Part shown: in pieces, positions 46,363 to 55,858 of the stretch | Position numbering within the stretch: the stretch's first letter is position 1 | Layout of the letters: the number at the start of each line of letters is the position of its first letter | DNA from: a virus | Taxonomy: Duplodnaviria > Caudoviricetes | Length of the DNA stretch: 64,000 nucleotides | Virus record (IMG/VR): IMGVR_UViG_3300018405_000014 | Coordinates: 32,001-96,000 of that record | Reading direction: 5' to 3' (one strand) | Notes under the pieces: generated by a model | Databases searched by the model: none | The model's input: the letters and a program-made list of their open reading frames with translations, nothing else | What the model was told of the DNA's origin: nothing | Translations under genes and position numbers: made by a program

Positions 46363-49300
46363 ATGTACGCCAATTTCTCGCGTCTGTTAGGGTTGATCTC
46401 CGTGAAGGAGACCGGCTCTCACATTATAGTCAATGGAATACCTGGGCTCAGGTTCTCTAAAGACGTATACAATCACTGGAAAACTAGCAAGTTGAACAAC
46501 AACATGTTCACTGCTATTTCGCGAAGTGGCGTAAAGTTTCCCAAGTTCTACGCCATCGAAGTTCTGTACATGTTGGATCAACTGATCCAATCCCGTCGGA
46601 CGTATGTGGGTCGGCGGACGCTACAGCGTGTACGCGATGAGTTGATTGCTGGCACGTGGCTGCGCAACATAGGTCTGGGTGATTTCACCTCCAGGCTTAA
46701 CATGTCGGCACTGAAGGACTTGACAGTCACATTATTTCCCCATCAAATTAACTTTTTACAGCATTACGACAGAGCTACGTTTGAATACTCGCTCAATGGA
46801 ATGTTGATGGACGCGGCAGCAGGATCGGGTAAGGCTCAGCCTCTTGACGCTAAAATCAAGGTACCTGGTGGTTGGGCCACTATGGGTGACATGCGCGTGG
46901 GGAGTCAGGTGATTGCGCCGGACGGTACGACCGTCAATGTGTCGGGTGTTTATCCTCAAGGTGTAAAAGACATCTATGAAATTGAGTTCGTCGATGGGCG
47001 GAAAACCAGGGCGTGTGGTGAGCATCTCTGGGAATGTCACGACGGAAGGCAGAGTAATGTTTCCCGTCAGTGGGATGTCCGATCGACGTTGCGTATGAAA
47101 GAGATTTTAGAATCTCGCGGTGGTAATCGACTGTACGTTCCTCTCATCACTCCAGATGAAGGTACAGAGGTACAATACCCACTTGACCCGTATGTGCTGG
47201 GTGCGTTATTGGGCGACGGTGGTCTTCGATACCATGTTGCCTTTTGTACTCCAGATGCCGAGGTACTGGAGAATGTCCGTAATGCCTTACCAGACACCGT
47301 GGAATTCAAACGTATAACTGAAATCGACTACAGCATTGTGGGTGTTGAGCGCGGCGACAATGTACTGAGACGGATAGTTAGAGAACTTGGATTATTTGGT
47401 AAGTATTCTCACGAAAAACATATTCCTAGTGAGTATCTCCAGGGTTCCCGGACACAACGCCTGAGTCTTCTTCAAGGCCTCATGGACACCGATGGAACTT
47501 CGGATCAGCAAGGGACCGTCTCATTTTGCTCCAGTAGTAAGCAATTGGCGGAAGGTGTGCAGTATCTGGTTCGCAGTCTGGGTGGTATCGCCAGGATCGC
47601 TGTTCGGAAACCGACTTATACTTACAACGGCGAGACGCGAAATGGCCGCCCTGCATATCAAGTCAACATTCGTCACTCCAAACCATCCGAACTGTTCAGG
47701 TTAAAACGCAAACAGGAACGTTGTAAAGACGATGGACAGTATGCTGCAACGCTCAAACTACGTGTTAAGTCAATCAAGCTCGTCGGTCAGGAAGAGGCGC
47801 AATGTATCAGGGTGGATCATCCGAAACACCTGTACATCACCGATGACTTCATTGTCACCCATAACACGATCTCGCAATACGCCACGGCCCATTGCTTGGG
47901 GGCTGACACCTCAGTGCTCGTTGTACCGAAGAACTCTGTGTTTGACGTCTGGGTCAAAACCATCAAGGTACTCTTCAAGCAGACGCCAGAGTACTGGCAC
48001 AGCCTGAGTGGAGAGGAATTGACTCTGGGCAAGAAGTACTACATCGTCCACTACGATTATCTGGAGAAGTTCGTGGCCTTCGTCGGGGCTAACAAAGGCA
48101 GCTTCGGCAAGGTCTACGTAGGGATCGACGAATCGCACAACTTCAACGAGCAGTCCAACCGGACCAACCTGCTGATCCAGCTCTGCCAGACCCTCAAGGC
48201 TCGAGATGTGATCCATGCATCGGGTACGCCATTCAAGGCCATGGGTTCTGAAGCCATCACCCTGCTGGCGACGATCTGTAATGACTTCACCCCTGAAGTA
48301 CAAGGGTCCTTCCGTAAGATCTTTGGCAAGGAGGCTAAGCGGGCGATTGAGATCTTGGCTAATCGAATCGGTATTGTCTCCTTCAAGGTGGTGAAAGCTG
48401 ACATCGAGACGCCGGGTGTGGATTACCATGAGATCAAGGTACCGATGAACAACTCATCGGAATATACCTTGACCAGTGTCCGCGAAAAGATGAGCAAGTT
48501 TATCGATGAGCGTTTGGCCTTCTACCGAAAGGGGATGCCGGAGTATGAAAAACTCTACGCGACGTGCATGGACCTTCACGGGCAGACTGTAAAGGGCGGA
48601 ATGGCCTCCGCAGCGTTCTCCGAATACCGACGTGGCGTGGCTCAACTTCGCAAGGGGTATGATCCAGTTACCATGAAGGATCTGGTGATGTACTGTAACC
48701 GGTACGAGCTGAAGACCATTGTTCCCTCGCTACCTGAACGGTACCGCAAACCGTTCTTGAATGTCCGTGCCATCATCAAGTACGTTGACCTCAAGGTCAT
48801 GGGTGAGGCGTTATCTCAGGTATTGGGGCGCCTGCGCATCCAGTGTCACTTGGACATGCTACCCAACATGCCCTTGGATGAGATCATCGACAACGCGACC
48901 ACCAAAACGGTGATCTTCACCAGTTACGTGGAAGTGGTCAAGGAGCTTGAGAGCCTGCTGACGAAGGCGGGGTATAAACCCATGCTGGTGTACGGGGAGA
49001 CCAACAAGGACTTGCCGAACATCGTCAAGCGGTTTGAGAATGACGACGACATCAACCCTCTGGTGGCAACCTTCAAGTCCCTGTCGACAGCTGTACCGTT
49101 GACCATGGCCAACACAGTGGTGTTCACCAATGCCCCGTTCCGTGATTACGAACGGACGCAGACCATTGCCCGTGTTGACCGAATTGGACAGAAACATCGC
49201 TGCCATGTATACGAGACGTATCTCGATACCGGTGCAGAGCCGAACATCTCGACGCGCTCTAAGGACATCATGGCGTGGAGTAAATCTCAAGTCGAGGCTA

Positions 49301-50205
49301 TCCTCGGGGTCAGTGCTCCGGATGATCTGGAGACTTCGTTGGAGTCTTTGGTGGAGAACCCTAGTGCGACCTTGCCCGATGCTGAAGGTTTCATGGCACG
49401 TTTGCAACAAGAGCTGCCAATCGACGTGGTCGAGGATGATGTGAGTATGGAGGGTCTATTTAGCAATGCCCCATCCGCAAACATCCATAAGACGGAAGCC
49501 GTTCTGGCAAAATTGAAGGAGACGTATCTTAATTCGTCTTGGAGGTCAAAGCAGAAGTTCAAGGAAGGCAAGCTTCGGCTTGAAAACAGTCACCTGACCG
49601 AGATCGCCAGAGTCAATCAGACCAAGCAGGTCATGGACAAATGGGTGGATGCAGTCAGAACCCGTAGTTCGAGCCTGGCCAGAACAGTCAGTGACTTCTC
49701 CAAGGGCTGGAAAGACCCCAGTAAGGTAGAGCGTTGGGCAGACGGAATCGAGACTGACACTCTGCACGGGGCTCGCAGTAAGCAGACAGTCACTGTCATC
49801 CGGCTGGCCGACAAAATACCGACGATGAATGGTTACATCATCGGTGGTGTCGGCACTACGACTTATCTGAGCACCGATAAAGAGGTTCTTGACGCTGCTA
49901 AGCGGCTCGAAGCTCTGCTGGATCACGATGTCGTTTGGATTGACGAACTGCTCGATAAGGAGTTTTCTCACAAGAGATTTGGAGAGTTCCATCGTGGGGC
50001 CGACCACACTACCTTGCTCGATGAAATCTCCAGCAGCGATCTCTCACATGCCGAGGATGCCATAATGGTATACAGGGCGATCAAAAACACCATGAAGAAG
50101 GAAGAAGCTGACTTCGTTAACTCACCTGAGGCCAAGTTGTTTAAGGACCATCACAGTGCGATGTACAAAGCGCTGTGGGCACAGCTAACGAAATCCACCA
50201 AATAA
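46363..50205 (+). CDS. SF2/SNF2-like helicase with intein and C-terminal head-protein-like extension
   Basis: AAGSGK|T Walker A, IDESH, ASGTP, KTVIFTSY, QTIARVDRIGQ. Confidence 0.88.
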   Translation: MYANFSRLLGLISVKETGSHIIVNGIPGLRFSKDVYNHWKTSKLNNNMFTAISRSGVKFPKFYAIEVLYMLDQLIQSRRTYVGRRTLQRVRDELIAGTWLRNIGLGDFTSRLNMSALKDLTVTLFPHQINFLQHYDRATFEYSLNGMLMDAAAGSGKAQPLDAKIKVPGGWATMGDMRVGSQVIAPDGTTVNVSGVYPQGVKDIYEIEFVDGRKTRACGEHLWECHDGRQSNVSRQWDVRSTLRMKEILESRGGNRLYVPLITPDEGTEVQYPLDPYVLGALLGDGGLRYHVAFCTPDAEVLENVRNALPDTVEFKRITEIDYSIVGVERGDNVLRRIVRELGLFGKYSHEKHIPSEYLQGSRTQRLSLLQGLMDTDGTSDQQGTVSFCSSSKQLAEGVQYLVRSLGGIARIAVRKPTYTYNGETRNGRPAYQVNIRHSKPSELFRLKRKQERCKDDGQYAATLKLRVKSIKLVGQEEAQCIRVDHPKHLYITDDFIVTHNTISQYATAHCLGADTSVLVVPKNSVFDVWVKTIKVLFKQTPEYWHSLSGEELTLGKKYYIVHYDYLEKFVAFVGANKGSFGKVYVGIDESHNFNEQSNRTNLLIQLCQTLKARDVIHASGTPFKAMGSEAITLLATICNDFTPEVQGSFRKIFGKEAKRAIEILANRIGIVSFKVVKADIETPGVDYHEIKVPMNNSSEYTLTSVREKMSKFIDERLAFYRKGMPEYEKLYATCMDLHGQTVKGGMASAAFSEYRRGVAQLRKGYDPVTMKDLVMYCNRYELKTIVPSLPERYRKPFLNVRAIIKYVDLKVMGEALSQVLGRLRIQCHLDMLPNMPLDEIIDNATTKTVIFTSYVEVVKELESLLTKAGYKPMLVYGETNKDLPNIVKRFENDDDINPLVATFKSLSTAVPLTMANTVVFTNAPFRDYERTQTIARVDRIGQKHRCHVYETYLDTGAEPNISTRSKDIMAWSKSQVEAILGVSAPDDLETSLESLVENPSATLPDAEGFMARLQQELPIDVVEDDVSMEGLFSNAPSANIHKTEAVLAKLKETYLNSSWRSKQKFKEGKLRLENSHLTEIARVNQTKQVMDKWVDAVRTRSSSLARTVSDFSKGWKDPSKVERWADGIETDTLHGARSKQTVTVIRLADKIPTMNGYIIGGVGTTTYLSTDKEVLDAAKRLEALLDHDVVWIDELLDKEFSHKRFGEFHRGADHTTLLDEISSSDLSHAEDAIMVYRAIKNTMKKEEADFVNSPEAKLFKDHHSAMYKALWAQLTKSTK
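46834..47865 (+). mobile_element. Class 3 intein (344 aa) with LAGLIDADG homing endonuclease
   Basis: GK|AQPLDAKI...ACGEHLW...LGALLGDG...LQGLMDTDG...AQCIRV...IVTHN|T; Ala1 and W-C-T triplet. Confidence 0.9.
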
Positions 50206-50243
50206 GTAATTGATGGGAGTCTAGGCTCCCTTAAGGAACTGTT

Positions 50244-51320
50244 ATGAGTAGTATTCTTTCTCGAGCACTTCACCCGACGACTCATCCAGCCGTAGCCAGT
50301 ATGGAGTGCTTCAAATTGCTGACATCCATGGAGCAGGCAGCTGACGAAGAGCGTCAGGCAGCCGCCACAGTAAAGCTCTTGGAATCCATTTCTGAATTGA
50401 GCGACACCGACAAAGCAGATGAGTTGCTCGGTCACGTGTCTGAATTACAAGGGGTTGAACGTGAGCACGTCTCGCTGGAATCGCTAAGTGGTCTGCTGCC
50501 AGTTCTTCGAAAGCTGATCACCCCTGAAAAGGAACCCAGCAAAAGCCCGAAGGACTTCAAAGAACTCCAGGCGCTGTTCAACAAGTACTACCTCAATAGT
50601 GCCTGGCTCAGCAAGCAGACGCTGGTTGATGGTGAGGTTGATGGTGCCAGTATCGGTGAGACTTTGTCAAGACGTGGCAAGTTCAATGCCGGTACGTTCG
50701 CCGCCGACCTTTCCAAGTATGCCGGGGAACTCAAGTCGACCTATTCGAAGTATGTGCGTTCTATTGCACCTTACGCCGAAAAGATCCGGACACTGGATGG
50801 TCAGCTTGTCAGTCAGGTCAATGCGCTCAATGCCAAAGATAATGGCTACGACGCTCAGCTTATCAAGCTGGTCAAAGACGCTGTAGCAAAGATGGAGGCA
50901 CTCGAAGCCCCCGTTGTGCAAATGGACGGTAAGTTCGAGGCGTTCGGCGGCTGGACCACCATCGCCAAAAACGGTACCCTGACCGCTACGCTGACTCACA
51001 AAGGCCCGACGCTCAAGACAGTTGCTACACTGACAAAAGAAGACATCGTGTCGGTGTGCAAAACCATTCTTGAGTTGTACGCGACGATTGCCGAACTGGG
51101 CAGTCTTGCCCCTGAGTTCTGCGACCTCAGCGACCGAGATCACGGGTTTGTTTCCTCGCTTAAAGGCGAATCCAAGAAGCTCTGGGAACAGTACGTACTG
51201 CAAACTTCCACGTTCGAGCAAATGCGTCGTCTGCTCTGGATGACAGGGGTTGCTACGGGTGTGAGTGAAGTGGCCCGTGTCTCGATCAAATGGATTGACC
51301 GCTCCATTAGAACTGAATAA
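50244..51320 (+). CDS. Internal head protein (paralogue family)
   Basis: Propeptide with ASME, TSME, VSLES; YLNSAWLSKQ; ends WIDRSIR. Confidence 0.7.
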   Translation: MSSILSRALHPTTHPAVASMECFKLLTSMEQAADEERQAAATVKLLESISELSDTDKADELLGHVSELQGVEREHVSLESLSGLLPVLRKLITPEKEPSKSPKDFKELQALFNKYYLNSAWLSKQTLVDGEVDGASIGETLSRRGKFNAGTFAADLSKYAGELKSTYSKYVRSIAPYAEKIRTLDGQLVSQVNALNAKDNGYDAQLIKLVKDAVAKMEALEAPVVQMDGKFEAFGGWTTIAKNGTLTATLTHKGPTLKTVATLTKEDIVSVCKTILELYATIAELGSLAPEFCDLSDRDHGFVSSLKGESKKLWEQYVLQTSTFEQMRRLLWMTGVATGVSEVARVSIKWIDRSIRTE

Positions 51321-51370
51321 AGAAAAAAGAAACAGCTAAGAGAGGGAGCCTAGGCTCCCTCTCTATGTCG
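51319..51370. terminator. Bidirectional terminator, near-identical to 55859-55911
   Basis: aaagaaaaaagaaacagctaagagagggagc-ctag-gctccctctctatg. Confidence 0.8.
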
Positions 51371-51377
51371 TCACCGG

Positions 51378-51674
51378 TTATTCGAGCGATTCGAGGAGAT
51401 CCTCAAGGCTCTCGAAATCGGTGTATCGTGAGGCTACATCTACTTCGATGGTGATCTCCTCACCATCACCACTGACGACATAATCGGCAGCGCAGAGGCT
51501 GGCGATCAAGCGCTTTCGGGTAATGGTCTTCAGGCGCTCGAGCCCCATGCGGTTCTTCAGTTCGCTATCGGACATGGTCAAGTTGATGGTACCGAAATTA
51601 CCGACCGCGATGTTAGCCTTGACACGGGCTTCGATGGCTTCGACGATTGTTTTAGCAATGGCTTTATACGGCAT
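51378..51674 (-). CDS. Hypothetical early protein
   Basis: AAGGAG SD, 98 aa. Confidence 0.7.
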   Translation of the reverse strand: MPYKAIAKTIVEAIEARVKANIAVGNFGTINLTMSDSELKNRMGLERLKTITRKRLIASLCAADYVVSGDGEEITIEVDVASRYTDFESLEDLLESLE

Positions 51675-51690
51675 GGTGTTGCTCCTTGTA

Positions 51691-51978
51691 TCAGTAAAAG
51701 ATGCCCGATTCGATCAGGCGGTTTCTAATCTGGCTTATCCAGCGTTCACTGGGTTTCCGCCGACCTTTCACAACCGCTACTTTTTCACGCAGTTCAGAGT
51801 CGGCCATTACCAGACTAGCGGGATAATAGCCACAGCCCGATTCGGGCGAGCCGTGACGGACAAGCAGGCCTGTAAGGTCGCCATCTACCTCGTCTGGATC
51901 GATGGCGACATAGCTGATCCCAACCTCCCCTTCCAACTTGCGGAAAAGAAGGCCATTGGGTTCATGGTAGATGTTCAT
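51691..51978 (-). CDS. Hypothetical early protein
   Basis: ATGA-coupled to upstream gene. Confidence 0.65.
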   Translation of the reverse strand: MNIYHEPNGLLFRKLEGEVGISYVAIDPDEVDGDLTGLLVRHGSPESGCGYYPASLVMADSELREKVAVVKGRRKPSERWISQIRNRLIESGIFY

Positions 51979-52628
51979 ACCTGGCTCCCAAAATGGATGT
52001 CGAAGAATTCACGCTTCTCTTTCCAGGCGCTCACCGGGATGTTCTTATGGAAACTCTCGGCGACGATCGGATCATTAAAGAGACAGCTCATGGGGGCGTA
52101 GAGCCATGTGCCGGAGGAGGTCTCATACCGCACCAGAAACTCATTGGGGATGAACACCCCATGATCCAGGTAGACATACTGCTTGTATATATCGCAGATG
52201 ACATGGTCGAGGACGGACGTGTACCCGACGCCTTCCACCTTGATAAAGACGTCACCTTGGAGCGGATGGATCTCAGGGCGCCCTTCGGCATTCAGGACAG
52301 TCTTGTACGCACCATCAGGGGAATTGACGATAACGTCTACCGCGTAGCTACCCACACCTACCTTAAGTCTATTGGCCTGATGGATCTTAAGTAAGACGCC
52401 ATACGTGGTGGGCAGGAGGTCACCAAGATCTGAGGTCTCGGTAAAACGCTCCCGGGTGTCCTCGCAGGCCTCGTATTTAAGGATGATCGTGCCGTCCTTG
52501 ACTTCATAACCGTACTCCGTTTCCACACTCGGGAGTTTGGTGATGTAGAGGTTCTTAAACGGCTCGACCGTATTCATTCGAGCTTCAGTGAGCAGGTCTT
52601 GGCTGATAATGAAAGTAATGTTGTTCAT
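51975..52628 (-). CDS. Hypothetical early protein
   Basis: AAGGAG SD, 217 aa. Confidence 0.75.
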   Translation of the reverse strand: MNNITFIISQDLLTEARMNTVEPFKNLYITKLPSVETEYGYEVKDGTIILKYEACEDTRERFTETSDLGDLLPTTYGVLLKIHQANRLKVGVGSYAVDVIVNSPDGAYKTVLNAEGRPEIHPLQGDVFIKVEGVGYTSVLDHVICDIYKQYVYLDHGVFIPNEFLVRYETSSGTWLYAPMSCLFNDPIVAESFHKNIPVSAWKEKREFFDIHFGSQV

Positions 52629-52657
52629 GCTGATCTCCTTAGATCGGGAAGGGTAAC

Positions 52658-52828
52658 TTAGCGAGACGGTTTGGTAATCTCGCGGACTGGGTCAAGGATG
52701 CGTTGAACTTCAGCGGCTTGTTCCGCAGAAAGAGGGGTCTCGCTTTTGAACTTCTTATACTGCCTGTAACTGCAGTAACCGATAGCGGCAGCGGCAATAG
52801 CGATGACAGAAATGGCTTTGACGTTCAT
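52658..52828 (-). CDS. Small N-terminally membrane-anchored early protein (56 aa, below ORF track cutoff)
   Basis: MNVKAISVIAIAAAAIGYCSYRQYKKFK...KPSR*; TAAGGAG SD; first gene after promoter. Confidence 0.7.
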   Translation of the reverse strand: MNVKAISVIAIAAAAIGYCSYRQYKKFKSETPLSAEQAAEVQRILDPVREITKPSR

Positions 52829-52860
52829 GATCAGTTCTCCTTAAGAACTCGGTGATGTAT

Positions 52861-52896
52861 TCACCGCTATCATGTATGTTTGTAATAAATTGGAAT
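52861..52896 (-). promoter_or_regulatory. Putative early promoter
   Basis: ATTCCA-N14-TACATGAT-AGCGGTGA. Confidence 0.7.
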
Positions 52897-52939
52897 CGAG
52901 ACGGCATAGAGAGGAGCCCACGGGCTCCTCTCTATAGGG

Positions 52940-53230
52940 TCAATCGAGGGTGTCACGTGCTTTATTGGCAGCATTGACCAGACGTATCTTCTTGTTGCAG
53001 CTGGCTGTTTGTTTGACCTGAGCAATGTAGGCACTGCTCATCATGATCAAACGCTCATCTGGGACAGCTTGTAGGTAGCGGTCGGCATCCGGAGGCGAGG
53101 TGATCTCACATTCAGATACAGCCAGGTACCGAGGTGTACACCCCGGTAGGGTGACCACGGCCCCAAGCAGTAGCAACAGCCACCACCGACTGCGTTTAGG
53201 GCGCTTGGGGGAGTACGGAGTACTGAACAT
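52940..53230 (-). CDS. Outer-membrane lipoprotein, probable o-spanin
   Basis: Basic N-terminus, WWLLLLLGAVVT-LPGC lipobox, follows i-spanin-like gene. Confidence 0.7.
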   Translation of the reverse strand: MFSTPYSPKRPKRSRWWLLLLLGAVVTLPGCTPRYLAVSECEITSPPDADRYLQAVPDERLIMMSSAYIAQVKQTASCNKKIRLVNAANKARDTLD

Positions 53231-53265
53231 CGCGAATCGGTTAAACAGGTGGTTACTGTGAGCCT

Positions 53266-53781
53266 TTATTGGGTAGGTATGCATGAGGGGTGCTCCTGTT
53301 TATTGGCGATGCAGAATGCCTCCCAAGAGTTCTCAAGAACCTTTACAGCGATCTGCTCATTTGATGGTCGTAGTGCGGTGCCCAGTGAGTCCGTCACTTC
53401 AGCCTGATTGATGTCAAGCGTAGGGCATTTGCTCATCCGGTCCCGGTAGACCACAACTTCTTTGACCAGGGGTAACTGCACCGACCTGTCCTGGACGGGT
53501 TGACCGTAACGGGCTGCGCAGAGAAGGTCATTCTGAGATTGTTCTATCTGATAGAACTTCTCTTCTAGTTTGTGGTTTTCCTGGAGGTACTGCTGTATCT
53601 CGCCACGAAGGGTGTTGATGGTCTCTTCGTGTTCTTCAATGGTCTTTGCATTGCTTGCCAGGGTCTGATTGGCCTCAAGGGTCCAGTTCACCCAGTAGAT
53701 GAACGTGGAGATGACACCCGCTACCAGAAGACCGACCAATATACCTTTCAAACCAACTGCCGCTATAAGTCTTGTCCACAT
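53266..53781 (-). CDS. Probable i-spanin
   Basis: N-terminal TM followed by coiled coil; VKEVVVYRD; Cys residues. Confidence 0.7.
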   Translation of the reverse strand: MWTRLIAAVGLKGILVGLLVAGVISTFIYWVNWTLEANQTLASNAKTIEEHEETINTLRGEIQQYLQENHKLEEKFYQIEQSQNDLLCAARYGQPVQDRSVQLPLVKEVVVYRDRMSKCPTLDINQAEVTDSLGTALRPSNEQIAVKVLENSWEAFCIANKQEHPSCIPTQ

Positions 53782-53863
53782 AATGAAATCTCACCGATAG
53801 ATAAAGACATACAATGGCACCGTCGACCCGGCATAAGGGGAGAGCCGAAGCTCCCCCGTTTGG

Positions 53864-54271
53864 TCAGGCGGACAGCGTGGCGATGTACTGGGTCACGATT
53901 GCCGAGACCAGTGCCGAGACCGAGATCTTCAGGCGCTTGGCTTCAGCGACCAGTGCAGCCTTGACGTTCACATCGACGTTGCCAGGCAGACGCACGTTAC
54001 GCGGCGACTTACCGCCGTCGGCGAAAGCTTTCAGGCGTCCGGTCAGGTCCAGAGCCATGACGGTGGCTTTGACCTTCGGTGCAGGCTTCTTGGCCGGAGC
54101 TTTGGCAGCAGGCTTTGCAACCGGCTTGCGAGCAGCTTTCGGCGCGGCGGGCTTGGTAGCCACCGGCTTCTTGGCGGGGGCTTTCGGGGCTGCTTTGGTA
54201 GCGGCGGGCTTCTTGGCTGGGGCCTTGGTAGCCGGTTTAGCGGCAGTGCCTTTCTCGATAGCGGTGGTCAT
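53864..54271 (-). CDS. Histone H1/AlgP-like KPAA-repeat protein with C-terminal ribbon-helix-helix-like domain
   Basis: AKPATKAPAKKPAATKAAPKAPAKKP repeats; VKAALVAEAKRLKISVSALVSAIVTQYI. Confidence 0.7.
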   Translation of the reverse strand: MTTAIEKGTAAKPATKAPAKKPAATKAAPKAPAKKPVATKPAAPKAARKPVAKPAAKAPAKKPAPKVKATVMALDLTGRLKAFADGGKSPRNVRLPGNVDVNVKAALVAEAKRLKISVSALVSAIVTQYIATLSA

Positions 54272-54315
54272 GTTGGACATTTCCTTCAGTGCATTAAAAT
54301 GGATTTGTAACACCA

Positions 54316-54894
54316 TCAGACGTTATTAGGTCTGTCATATGATGGCACTTGGCCAGTTGTTTTTAACTTGAATAGATTAACGATCCGATCACCGTCGGCG
54401 AATACAACGGTGGCTACATCCTCACTGGCCTTTCGGCCAAGGATGTCGAAGAGCATGTTCGACAGTTCAAACCGTTCAACCGGTGTATCGCGCAGCTGAT
54501 TAAGGGCGGTGTCACCCACCAGCAGAAAAATGCGCCGCGCAGGTCGGGCTTTAGGTAGATGGTAAACGTGCTTATCCCGACCGGGTTGATAGACGTAACT
54601 ACCTTGACAAGACATCCGCTCAAACCACTCGTCTATCCAGCGAGGCACTTGCTGACGATAAAACTCGTTATGTAGGTGCTTGCGCCTGTACATGTCAAGG
54701 AGCATGTCGTACGTGGCTTGCTTTAATTGACTGAATGCGTACGATGAACCGTAATGGCCCCGCAGGTCCATGTAGACAAAATACGTGGTCTCATTTAGGA
54801 CGGTGGCTTTTATCGTCCTTCTCAGCGTCTTGATCAGCCTTCGCTTTCGAATCGGATAAAGCAGCAGATGCCACATCTGCACTAGGAATGACAT
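54316..54894 (-). CDS. Hypothetical protein
   Basis: ~190-aa ORF in minus-strand cluster. Confidence 0.6.
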   Translation of the reverse strand: MSFLVQMWHLLLYPIRKRRLIKTLRRTIKATVLNETTYFVYMDLRGHYGSSYAFSQLKQATYDMLLDMYRRKHLHNEFYRQQVPRWIDEWFERMSCQGSYVYQPGRDKHVYHLPKARPARRIFLLVGDTALNQLRDTPVERFELSNMLFDILGRKASEDVATVVFADGDRIVNLFKLKTTGQVPSYDRPNNV

Positions 54895-55321
54895 AGGTGT
54901 AGGCCCCATCGTTAAAACTGTCGAGGATGTATGGCATGTGCATGTCCAGGAGATGGGACATGCATTTACCCGCTCGGTAGATGAGCGTGATTGTATTGTT
55001 CTTGTGTAACACTGCGGTCAGTAAAAGGTGTTCGCGGTAAGGTTCGAGTAATGTGTTGGTGGCCTTAAAGGTATCCTCATCGAAGGCATAGGGTCGAGTG
55101 CCTTCACCCACCAGGTGCCAGTGGTCATAGAGGTGATCGTCTTTGAACACAACCGACCAGGTAGAATCGTAGAGGGCCATTCGACCCTTCGTGTATTTAC
55201 GTTCATCGTCGGGGTTGAGGTCTATGAAATCACCCCTGATCACCTCGCTATCATGTAGGTAATCATCCACCTCACGGGAATCCGGGCACATGCCTTCTCG
55301 GAAGACTAGCAGCTTTTTCAT
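54791..55321 (-). CDS. Hypothetical protein
   Basis: 176-aa ORF; 3' end overlaps next gene. Confidence 0.6.
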   Translation of the reverse strand: MKKLLVFREGMCPDSREVDDYLHDSEVIRGDFIDLNPDDERKYTKGRMALYDSTWSVVFKDDHLYDHWHLVGEGTRPYAFDEDTFKATNTLLEPYREHLLLTAVLHKNNTITLIYRAGKCMSHLLDMHMPYILDSFNDGAYTYVIPSADVASAALSDSKAKADQDAEKDDKSHRPK

Positions 55322-55388
55322 TGGGGTGATGTCCGTTTCTGTTCTACAGGATCGGTGAGCTTTTTCTTATTTAACAAGGGAATTCACC

Positions 55389-55856
55389 ATGCATCATCTT
55401 TACCATGGTTCTGGTTATCGTCATGCAGAACTAAAGCCCGGTATCCATCATACGGGTGTTAAAGTCGAGTGGGATAAGAGCGAATCCAACGAGTGGCTCT
55501 ACGCAACGTCTGTGATGGAGGAAGCCATTTCGCAAGGGTTAGCCTCGGTGGTGGAGAAACACTTCGCCATGAGCCGCTTTAAGTCTTCTGGCAGGACTCT
55601 GGAATTCATCTTCGAGGATGTCCCTCCAACCCTGAGGGAAATAGAGGCCTTGACTGTCTATCTCTATAAATTGGATTGGCACAAAGACATCTGGGTGGCT
55701 GTTAACAACCTGCACAATGGCATGAAAAACGAATATAAGACAAAGGAGATTATTCCAGCCGCCATGATCGACCATTGTAAACAGGTTGATCTTAAGACTT
55801 ACCTGGGGCGTAAAGAAGTCATCCTCTCCTCTGCCAGATCCGCCATGAACTGGTAA
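55389..55856 (+). CDS. Hypothetical protein, possible ADP-ribosyltransferase fold
   Basis: LYHGS...LKP, WLYATS, VYLYKL, NEY pattern. Confidence 0.5.
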   Translation: MHHLYHGSGYRHAELKPGIHHTGVKVEWDKSESNEWLYATSVMEEAISQGLASVVEKHFAMSRFKSSGRTLEFIFEDVPPTLREIEALTVYLYKLDWHKDIWVAVNNLHNGMKNEYKTKEIIPAAMIDHCKQVDLKTYLGRKEVILSSARSAMNW

Positions 55857-55858
55857 AC

